Shown here in pieces: positions 24,721 through 36,400 of a stretch of 64,000 nt of DNA. The translations under genes and the position numbers were made by a program. This DNA comes from Balanoglossus misakiensis (lineage: Eukaryota > Animalia > Hemichordata), in assembly GCA_040954595.2 (NCBI GenBank), contig CM082594.2:11734985-11798984 (forward strand), written 5' to 3'. The notes under the pieces were generated by a model that did no database searches, was not told the origin of the DNA, and worked only from the letters and a program-made list of their open reading frames with translations. Position 1 is the first letter of the stretch, and every line of letters starts with the position of its first letter.

Positions 24721-25159
24721 TTGCTCATATATTGAGACCGGTATAAAAGTAGATTTGGAACAATGCAAGGAGTATATACCTTTATCTGACGCATGAGTGC
24801 ATTTGACATGCTCCAATTATTATCATAATCATTCTAATATGGAAAATGTCCATTTTTATTACGATGTAAAGCCATAGGCTGATATGGCTATGACGACATC
24901 TCTAGCTAGCTGGGAATTCTTGTTCAGGTTGATTTAATAATGAATACATCAATTTAATTGGAAAGGTAATGTGAAAAAAATGTCTGTATTGAAAAGCCAG
25001 CAGATATTTATTATTGTAGGTATAATCTTTATGAAATTGCGTGCGCACTTGTCCTGGTTTGATGCAAATAGGGCTAAAGTATATACATGGATAAAGTTGG
25101 ATACTTATATTTTTGAAATTAGGACAAATATGGCCGACATCAATGACATACTCAATACT

Positions 25160-27274
25160 TGAATGAATTGTCTTTACATTTATTGTGAAAATCACCATGA
25201 AAGAAAATATTTTTACAAGGTACTGTTGCCATGGAAAAAGTAACATGCTGAGAAATCTTCATACATTTTTTAAATCTTTTTTTTTTCCAGTAACAGACAG
25301 ACATATTAAAGACAGTTACATTTCTCAGAATACAAATACAGTACATTAAAACAAACTTGAAATACTAAAGTTTCTGTAAGCATATTGATAAAAGCCTGGT
25401 ATTTAAGAGTAAACATTGACTGTTTTAGAATTCCAGAAATAAATACAAGTTGAGAAACTGGTTTCCCCCTGTTGATCATTAAGAAGAGTTCCTGAGAAAT
25501 TTGTGATCAGACACAACTCATCTGGAGAAGGGATGAATACTGATCCAAAAATGACATACACCCAGGGGGATAAGCTCCTATTCAGCTAGCTATTGAGGCC
25601 AGAGCACATAGTAAGGAAGTACTTATTCATTCAAAATGTCTCCAAAGAAGATGCAATATTTAACAGCAATCTGTATGATATGGAAGGCAAAAAAGTTGCA
25701 TTAGTTGTCTGAAACTTTTCTTTTTCATTGAGAAATTGTATTTTTAATTCTCTTCAGTTTTTGGCCTGGTCATCACTGACTAGTACTTGTACTTTTTTTC
25801 TTTAAACACATTCTAATAATTAGACCACAAAGAAATGACAAAAACCATAGTTGGCAGTTTCTGTTAGCAGTTTTCAAAAAAAGGACTTATGGAGATAAAA
25901 ACGTAAAATATTTCACTGATAGAAATGTAAGAAACAATCTTGTGACAGAGAAATAGTACGTACAACAGAATCTGAGCTAAAAATTGCACACAAAACTCAA
26001 GGTCAACAAAAATCGGACAAACCTACAAAAGTTTATGCAAAACTTTACGTTGAGGGCGCCCTTCCATCTACAGATGGGCAAGGCCCTTATGAATTTTTAC
26101 ACTATGGCACAAAAAACATCAAACATGTTTAATTACAAAAAAAAAAATGTGCATCTTATTTCAGACATTCCATTTCATATTCTTCATTCTTTCTTTTTTC
26201 TTTCTCTCTCTTTCAAGATGTACGAAAAATTTGGAATTGTATAAAACATGCCTTTTAAAACATTTAAGAATGGAAAGGCACATAAGGACTATGTTCTGGA
26301 GAGCGAGAAACTGATAATGATATCAGGCTCATGAAGAAAACACATCTTTGAAATTTTTTGACAATAATTATAGTTCTATTGAGAAATTGATCTAGACAGA
26401 ACATTTTTTTAAATCTTAGGACTAGCCTGGCTTCTGTTACCTCCAACCCTATGAATAAAATCCTAAATCACAATTTCACATGTATATATGAATTGCTGTA
26501 AAGTTTCAGCTACTGAATGCATTTAGACTGAGCAACTGTGGGGATGTTTAGCTCATTTACCCTGTCAGATAATCTCTCAATTTCATGTCAAAATTCACAG
26601 TCTGCAATGAAAAATTTAATCTGAGAGTACATTAGACAACAGTGACTATCACTGACCAAAACTTGGTATTTTTTAAATTTCAGAATGTATGTTGAAATTT
26701 ATCTCTGACATAATCTCCATAAAGCATGGTCCAACCACACAAAGCTTATCCCAATGCTGCATACAGTACTTTGCTTACCTTATGACAAGCATTTACCCTG
26801 GTTAGTTGCTAAAATGTGCAACATTTTTTCTTGACACTATATTATGTACATCCTTCCTCAAATTGCCCATATTGTCTGTCACACATTATCGTTAATGGCC
26901 ATTGATAACTGCCTGGATCACAATTTCATTTCTGATGCATGGCTGCCAATCAATTACATATGTACAAACACAGACTCCCATTGTTTCAAGCCTCATCATA
27001 AAACACAACCAAATAGGTGCTAAACATAAGGTAACTACTGTACAGATAAAAAGAAAATAAGACACTGTAAAAAACTTGACCTCGGTCACCGTGACTTGAC
27101 AGATGAAATAAGAAAACTAAAGCTAGTTTTGTTGACAGTATTCCTGTCTTAAAAACACTTAAGACATTCCATCTCTTGTAAGATTTTACTTTCTTCTGTT
27201 GATAGAATAAAGATAGATAAAGATGACATGGAGTTTACTGAATGTGTACACACTAACTGCTTGCCTGTGAAAGT
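25160..27274 (-). other. Probable 3' UTR of the BAZ2B-like gene
   Basis: AT-rich, with no credible ORF, between the stop codon and the candidate poly(A) signal. The end position is inferred. Confidence 0.5.
25179..25184 (-). terminator. Candidate polyadenylation signal AATAAA of the BAZ2B-like gene
   Basis: tttatt on the + strand, 2.1 kb past the stop codon, at the end of a U-rich stretch on the minus strand. Alternative sites lie at ~25007 and ~24855. Confidence 0.45.
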
Positions 27275-27428
27275 CTACTCGTCACTACAAAGCTCTGCCC
27301 AGCGCTTTTCAAAAAATCTCTTCATAGAATGACCGGATCTTCCCACATCTGAATCATCTTCGTTGAAAATGTTACAGTTGTGGAACACAAGGCGAGCGTC
27401 TGCTGCAAACTCCTCCCGCGTCCTATAC
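27275..27428 (-). CDS. BAZ2B: Last coding exon: bromodomain C-terminal half and stop
   Basis: YRTREEFAADARLVFHNCNIFNEDDSDVGRSGHSMKRFFEKRWAELCSDE*; conserved bromodomain Asn in NCxxFN; AG acceptor at 27429-27430. Confidence 0.95.
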
Positions 27429-30400
27429 CTAAAAATGCAAAAGTAAACAAACAGTTCCATGGGTCACTTTTCAAAGATAACATAAAACGTTGAAAATCTG
27501 GCGGGACCGGTATCATAGAGACCATCCTATATACATAGTTGAATTTGCCAATTCTTCAAAACCAATTGATAGTAAAGAATATAGTTGGGATTTGCTAATA
27601 CAGTTCCACTTACTGTCCGTCTCGAAGTTTGCACTTCATGGTGTGGAAGTCCATAGGGTGTTTGATGACCTTCTTATAAGTTGAGAATTGTTTTGTATCC
27701 ACTGGAACCAAGAAAGGCCATCCATCATCATGTTTCTCCATTTCAGCCAAGATTGCCCTGAAATGTTAGAAAAAAGAAATTTATATTTTATATGAGTCCC
27801 TGCCTCCAAGGGTAAATCTAGTCCCTATCCCTCTCAAACATCCCTATAAGTACTCATCAAGGACATACCAAAGCAGACACAAGACAAATTTTACCTGCAA
27901 GGTGCCATATCTTTTGATGACTGTTTTCTGTTCACTTTGTCCTCTTTGAATTTGTCCATCCAATCTGTGTCTCTGCTATCCTCATTACTGCTTGGACTGC
28001 TTGCTTCTTTGATTTCTTTGATTTTCTGTTTCTTGCCTTTCCCTCGTGACGTTTTATTTTTCTGCTTTTGACACCACTGACACAACCACTTCCCTCTTGG
28101 TATCCTGAAAAAAAAAATGTTGAGGATTATTTCTACAACTGCTTACATATTTTTCTTATTTCCTTGATTTGATATACTAAAAATGTGGCACTTTTCAGAG
28201 TGAATGCTAAACCCTGTGAATTCCAAACTGATGTAGTAACATGGTGCTTACTTTGACAGAGGTGGATCTAAACAATCTGGATGATATGCTCTGGGACAAT
28301 TATCACACTTCACAAGTTTTCCTTTGGATCGACACATTACACAGATACATTCACCAGTTGCCTACAAAGAAGAAAAAATGTCTGGAATCAGTACATTGGA
28401 TGTATGGATAAAGAGCTGGGCAGATGAATTATTTTTTGCTGAGATTTGGGGCTTGTAGATCTGCATTGATAAATCAAGAAGGTCCCAGTAAAATGACTGG
28501 GGAATCCCACTTTCCTATATCAAGGTACTAGATGGACAGATGGATGCAGATAAATTTGTGTGTGTATCCATGCCCATATATGCATGGCATGAGTACACAG
28601 CCAATTTCACACATATATTATGAAATTCTCCTTCAAATGAACTCAGACCCTACCTTAAAGATACACTCATAACAGTACCAATCGCCTTCTGGTATACTCG
28701 GCATTCTAGGCTTAAAGCAGTAGGTGTGGAATCCCTTATCACAGCCATCACACAGTAGCAACAATTCTTCGTTGTCTCCTTTCCGACAGAACTGGCAAAA
28801 CTTGAAAACATGGAGAAGGAAAAGTTGCTTAGATTAAACAGTAATTGAAAGTACATAATGTTACGTCTCATCACACAAATCAACATGTGTGAGAATTAGT
28901 CTTGCCACAATTGTGAACAGTTTTTTTTAAAACAAATTTCCTGTGTTTTATTTCCGGCGCGAATTCCAGTCACTTATTTCAGATCACAAGGTGATAACAA
29001 CAATGCTACTCTGAACAAAATATGAGACTTACAACTTTCATGATTGATTTCTCCCAAGCAATTGATCTCTCCAGGAGGTCCATGCACATGTTCAATTGAC
29101 TTATGTTGGTAGCTGACTTCACAGCTGTCCTCCAGTTGGCCAGACCTTTTGGAACGTCTTCATTTGGACTGCAAAAAAGTTACACAAAAGACACAAATTT
29201 CAGACTGGACACTATCAACTTAAAAGTTTAATATCACTGTTGAAATGCTTCATGTTTGTGTTTATGGTGAACACTGATATTGATCTCCATGGAAACATTT
29301 TAAACCTTGAAAGACCACCATCTATACTCGCAAGAGTGCTCCAACATTTGAAAGGTAGTTGTATGCTGGGTTAAGACCTGTGGCATGGAACTACTATTAT
29401 AGGCATCAACAAGACCTTGCTTACCTGGATGGTCTATCATCTTGTGACTGGCCTTTACCCATTTTGTCAAGATTAATCTGGACATTACTGCAAGAGACGT
29501 ATTTCAACAAGTTGTTTCATATAAGTGAAGATCTAAAAATATATCTCAATTTTTTTTATGCTTTGGCTGTCACTGAAAACAAACAAACTTACTAGTTACA
29601 AAATCAACACACAAAAAAAACTTAGAAACTGACCTCTTACTAAGCGGAGCCTTCAGGTACCTCCTCTCTACAGATTTTTCCAGTGAAGTTAGTCGTTCTT
29701 TGACAGCATCAATGGCATTGATCCCTGCTATCCTTGCTGTCTCCAGTGTCTCCATGTTATCTTCTGATGATGTCTTGACCCTTGGCTTCCAACCTTTCAC
29801 CTGCATACTGGAGCTGAATACTTTATCTTCAAGGGCTTCCACATCTTGCAAAACACTCTTGTGGACGTCAAAGGCAACTTCGTGAGACCAATCCAGAGAG
29901 TCTCGTAAAAATGAAACCACTGGGTTATCTTCCTCTTTATTCTCTTCTGATTCTGTATCTAATTTAAAATCTATTGAAAACAAATCAGATATTTTGACAT
30001 CAGAAATTTGTTTCTAATTTTTCACCTCATTTATTAATGGCAAACATAGAAATGGTGAAGATATTCAAAACCGAACAAGCCTACTTACATTCACTCCCTT
30101 TGTTGTTGCATGCTGCTGTTGCAAAGTCAGCGTACTTGAGTAAATTCTTCTGTAACAATCTTTCTCTAATGCCTCTGGGATGAAGTGCTCTGGTCAGGTG
30201 TTTGATAACCTCTGCATCTGTGATGTGCCACCAGCCGTGCTTCATGTCTGATCAGACAATGAAAACATAGTTAAGTATTGCTTCACCAAAGTGTGTCACG
30301 TTTCAGTTGAATGTTGTGTTAGTATGCACGTAAATGGTTCATGGTATTTCACAAGTTCTGTCCCTGTCAAGGCGATGTAGATCGAGTGACTTACCATCAG

Positions 30401-33400
30401 GTATGGTGGCAGCTTCTTTGCCTTCTCTTTCAGCCAGAATTGCTTTCATGTTTTCCATCGCTTCACTATGTACATTTGCTTGTAAGGTGTCGTTGTTTGT
30501 TTGGTAAGTACCCTGAGATGTAGTGCTGGTATGCAGTGGAGAGTTTGGCAGTCCGTAGGCAGAAACTGGGATGAATCCATGCCCTAGGCCTGGAAAGGCC
30601 AGTGGCATGGGACTGGCTTGCTTCAGTCCGGGAATGGGAATAGCTGAGAATGCAGCCGCTCCTGGAATATGGAATGCACTGACGCCGAATGCAGGCAAAG
30701 ACAGCTCTTGCATAGACTTGGGTGTGGAGTGTGTTCTGGTGAGTGAGCTTTCATCACAAGGCATTCTGGGTAATATGCTAAACCAAGGTTTTGTGCCATT
30801 TGGCCTGTCCACCAGCCCTTTCAGAAGCTGTTCAGCTGACACATGTCCTGCAGTCAGTGGTGAGCCGATGGCAAAATGGCCATCGTTCTCATGTAAGTAG
30901 CTGTCCAGTTTGACAAAGCCGCCATTGAGATCAGCAGCCGTGCTGGTCGGAATACCGCTGTTCAGTCTAAACGTTTGCAGTGCGGGGACTTGCGAGTGAA
31001 TTTGGCAGTGTGAAGCTGAGGCTACTGATGTGACTTCGGCCGCTGCAGTCAATGATTCTGTTGTCACTGCAGTTGTGGGAGTGGCTGCAGTACTTGTTGC
31101 ACTGTTGCTGGTTTCTGGGTTCTGTTTTGCAACCTGAAGGAGTTCGCTCAACTTGGAGAAAGATTCTGGTTTTTGGAGGAATAAATTTTGCTGAGGTTCA
31201 ACTTTCACTGAGGTCTGACTTTCGGACATACAACTGTTTGAATTACTGTTCATTGATGACGTCTCTTCTTTTTTCACAACAACACTGGGTTCAGTCTGTT
31301 TTGTTCTTTGGTTTTGATCAATGATTTCTTGCTCTGTTTTGTCCAATTTTTCCTGATGTTTCCTTTCATTTTCCATGTCATCCGGAAGTTCACTACTGGC
31401 CATCCCTTCCACATAAATGCCCCCGGCATGCGGTAAGACCCAGTATCTCCTCCTAAATCTGTCCTGTCCAAAGGACATTGCACGTAGGGAATGCGAAGCT
31501 TCAAATAATTTGGTCCTGAATTGACTTTGTTGCTGCAAAATGGACAAAAGCTTAGGTTAGGAATATTGCATATTAACTTACATGTAATATAGCAGCATTT
31601 TGCACTTTCAGCACCAGCAGTGAATGCACAAATGGAGTTTGTGAGGTCAACAGAAACAGCCTGTAACACCCACCTTGGTAAGTTTTTCAATCTTTTTATC
31701 CATTTCTTCAGCAGTGGTTGGTTCAGCCTCCACCTCATCATCTTCACCATCAGACTGATCCGTACCATCACTGTCGTTATCCTTCTCATCCTCCTCCTCC
31801 TCTTCCTCCTCCTCATCTCGTTTTCTTTTCTTCTCAATTCCTGACAGATTACTGTTGTCTCCATCCATGGTGACATCCAGCAAGGAATCCTCATTGGGCA
31901 CTGGCTTTGGAGGCATTGGACGGTTGAATTTCTTGGCTTGTATCGTCCTCATCCTGTAATAAACATCACAGAATAATTCAGCCAGGTTCAACATAGATTC
32001 ATGCATAGGTAGTACATGAACAGTTATTAACTTGCTCTCCATTATTTCAGCATGTTCCTAAACAAAAGTGAAAAGATGACACAAGGTTGATTGACATACT
32101 TCCTGAGTTTTCCCTCGATGATCCACTTGTCTCGCCTGAGGCTAGACATATGTTCTATGCTCTTGTCGATCTCCTCCGTTATACGAGAGCTGCAGACCAG
32201 ATCGTTGACAAGGTAGGACAGACACGCTGCTTTCTGTGTGGCCGACAGTGCCATGAACGGTACCTCATACAGTACATCAGACAACTGCAAGCAGATATAG
32301 GTGAATGAAATTAAACCAATAAAACAAGAATTGCAAGGCATTAGTCGTCTCTTGTCAGATATAGAGCAGATTTTAAATCCTACACTAACTCTAGGCTATC
32401 CAGTGTGAACCCCCATCAGCATCTACTAGAGTTTATGTGTGTTCCGTCATTTCCAGGCAATTTAAAACCAGCTTAAAATTATCTTACCTCATGGTCTTTA
32501 CCATTGGAATGTTTGATATAAAGCCTAAGTACTTCAGAAAAATTATCTTCATCGATGTCAATATCAGCCACAGATTGGTCAAGAAGAGTCTTCTCCTGAA
32601 AAATAAATAAATAAAATTGATGTATAATCATAAATGTATGAATTAAAAGTGAGACACAGTTTGGTTCCAAAAAAATTGAAAGATGCTGTAACATTGAGTG
32701 ACTTACTTTTCCATTAGTGCTTGGTAGGCCTGGATCTTGTAGAGTTAAATTCAACAACTGTATACACAGAGTTACAACTTCGCTGTAGCTTTCTTCGTCG
32801 TTGAGTAAGCCATCTTGTAAGGAATCAAGAGTAGGCACATCGTCTTCCAGATCTAAAAAAATTGAAGAATAAATCCTATCACACAATGCTAGTGAAGTGA
32901 ACACATTATTGCCCGGTCATGAAGGCTACATCACCAATGCTTTTGTGAGTAGAACAAGAAATTAATGTCACTATACCAGATTTGGTCAACATGGCTTACC
33001 TAGGCCCAGTGCTTCACCAAAGTTATGAAGGAACTCCAACACCATCAGGCAATCGGAAAATGCATTGCTCGGCAATTTGACACCCTGTAAAGTCTCCAAA
33101 TTGGGCAGTGGCTGAAAAAATAAACATACATGGATTGTTACAACCGCAGAAAACTAGTAAGGAACAGGTTACTTGAATTACCGGTACAATGATATTCTAA
33201 ACTGGTATTTTTTCCAAGTTTGCCACAAGAACCACATTGGCTTTTTTCCAAAAACCTACCTTTTGATCACCGAGTTTCATATCTTCAATAGGTTTTTTCA
33301 GTTCTTTGGCCATCTGTACTTCAAATCTCTTCTGTTCTAATTTTCTCTCCCTGTGAAATTTTTTCTCTGCTTTCTTCTCTTGTTTTATTCGTTCCTTTTC

Positions 33401-36400
33401 CTGCGAGGAAAAACAAAGGAGTGTGTTGGTTAGGAATGAAACATCGAACAGATCAATGTTAGATTTTTCTACTGCAGTGCAGCAAATGCCCTGATAATGT
33501 CTACTGCATTTGCCAGTTGTTTCACAAACTTAAAATTTTATCGTCATATTTTTTATCATCGATTTGTCTGTCATCATATTCTGTACTGGGGTAGAAAAAC
33601 CTGATTTGAAACTCTAGAGACCTTGATTTATTGAGAAATTCACATCATCCATTATAAAGTACAGCAGGTCGTTATTCATCTTGTTGATCCATATGTCAAC
33701 CCCAGACATTACATCGTTAGAATTGATTTTCAAGAGAGCAATTTTTCTGGCTTACCTCAGCCTTTTTTCTGGCTTCTAAAGCTCTCACCAACATCATGTG
33801 TTGTTTTCTCCTCTCACGCTCCTGTTCCATCGAGAGTAACAGACAAAAATCACAGGTCAGAAACTTATTTGCAGCACTATTCCAGAGATGGTCCCTCAGT
33901 GTTAAAAATGAAAGACCACATTTTGATATTTTGAGTCTAAAGAATGATTTAAATGTGTAGGGAAAGCAATTGGAAGCAATAGAACTGACAGATGATGAAT
34001 GAGGTATGCCTGTGTTCAGAAATGAACATTGCTAGAAATAATGGAGAACATGTGAAAATTCCAGCATGGGAGTTTGACTAAATTGGTGAATGTAGTTGAC
34101 ATGATGACCATGTGGGATTAATGTCAGGGTTGGTGAGAAATAGAGAAGACTTGACCTGCTTCCTCCCATTTCAGAATGGTATGACCCACCTGATAACAGA
34201 TAATGGTTGGACTATTGTGTAATATAGTGAAACATAGGGGTGCCTCACAGTTTGTGTTTCCTCCCGGTCTCTGTAGTCGGAAAGCCACACACTCTCGCAC
34301 ATGCTAGCATGCTGTTTGAGAAGCAGCAATGTCATACACAGTTTAATGAAGCATGCAGAGTCCCCCATGAGGGTGACATGTTTTTTTTACTTTGTTTCTC
34401 ATCTGACAGGATCCTGATAAGATGTGTCTGTCAGTTTGCACATTATCTTTTTAGGAGTAGCCAAAGTATCAACCACATATCCAGTCTGACCAAAGAGGGC
34501 GCTGTTCAGACAAGAATTTCAATTTTTTTTCAGTTTGCAAAGACAATGAGAAACAAAGAGAAAAAAACTGCCCTCACCCAGAAGACAAGATGGAAATTCT
34601 CTTACCATGACTAGCAAATGTTTTCGCCTCTCCCTTTCCTGATTCACCAATCAACAGAAGCACAGATGTGAAAGGTCAAAGTTGGGAGTTCATGAATGCA
34701 GGTCAAGTTAGTTGCAGTGTAATTTGTTTTTGTTTTTTTTGGCAAGAAGACAGAAAGATACAAGAGGAAGATTAAGAATGATTAAATTATTTATGAGCCA
34801 ATGTCACCATAGAAACAAGATGTGTGGATAGAAAAAAGTGAATGAATTTATCAAGATCTCCTTATGCCCATTTTTGAATTTTAATGACGCCACTGATTTA
34901 CAAACCACATACAATGACACAATTACAATCAATCACAGCGCTCACACAAACAACCCACAGAACTCCATATCAACCACGTTTCACAGCTTTGTATAATGTA
35001 TAACACTTGGTAAAATTCCAGTTTTGTTACTGCAACAATGTCAAAGACACGTGGCATGTACAATTATGGCAAAGAACATTTATAAGGCATTATCCTGAAA
35101 TCGTGCCTGGCCCCTGTTTATATGTTGATGTTCATGCTGGCTAATGATGCTGACACTGTGCAACAAATCTGAGCACTCTGTAATTTTCATTGCAATAACT
35201 GCCTTACAATTACAAGCCAGTGGATGTTACAATAGAGAGCAGCACAGCTAGAATGAATGTGCATGTGTCCGAGCAGAATGCGGCTAGGGTTGGGCTGTGA
35301 GGTCAAACATACACACACACACGCAAACAACATACATGCACCCACACACACGCAAACAACATACATGCACACACGCAAACAACACACACACACACACACG
35401 CACACATTAACTCAGCATGAAATATCATCTACCAGGGAGGGAGTGTCCGTGCTTGTCTCACCATTCAAAAACACTCGGACGAACGAACAACAGCTCACCT
35501 GATTTTTGAGAATGACAGCTTGTTGTCTCCGAAGTTCTCTCTCCTACAGGCAGAAAGAAAGAAAACACCAAAATGGGTATATTTGTAAAACAAACCAAAA
35601 CTGGAATAGATTGTTAATATTTTAGTGACAGAAAACCAACCCTAGTGCACATCCAAGTTAACCTGTATGGTTGCAAAGGAATACATCTTCTACACAGACT
35701 TTTGCTGTTTTACCAACTTTGAACAACCATGAGTGTTCTACTATGAATGACGGGGGCAATCACACGCACGCACTCACTACAACAACAGATGGTAGACAAC
35801 CAACCAGTTTAGCTCCACCACCCATGATGGCAGATATGACTCAGAAACTCCCTAGCAAACACTTGTCGTCTATACACTCTCAACTAACCTTGGATTTTTT
35901 AAGAATCTCTTGATACCTAGCATAAGCGGCTGCCTCTTTCTTTTTCCTACGCTCCTGTACATGCAGAACAGTTGAAGACTGTTACAGACATTGTAACATA
36001 ATCATCAAACTGCAGAATACTAAAGTAAGCTACACTTGAAAAAACAAAGTGCTTCAACAGAAGGACATGTTTTCTTCTCAAAAGTTGTGATCAAGTAATT
36101 TTTTGTGATGTTATGTATTTAGAAAATGGCAAGTAACACTAGTCTGGCTACATCTTACTGTCCTGAATTAAGACTTGCATCAGCCTTTCTCGACTTATTT
36201 ATTAAGAGTTCTAACAATGATATTCACCAGACCACCCCGCAAAATAAACTCACACTCCAATGCAAATTAGCAGTGACTGAAGGTAGGATGAAAGATTCAT
36301 GTGATCACACGAGGGCACTGTCCACAGATATAGGAAGCATCCTACATGATGAGACACCTCCCAATGAAAATGCAATATTAAACTCTGCCTGCACTGTTTC

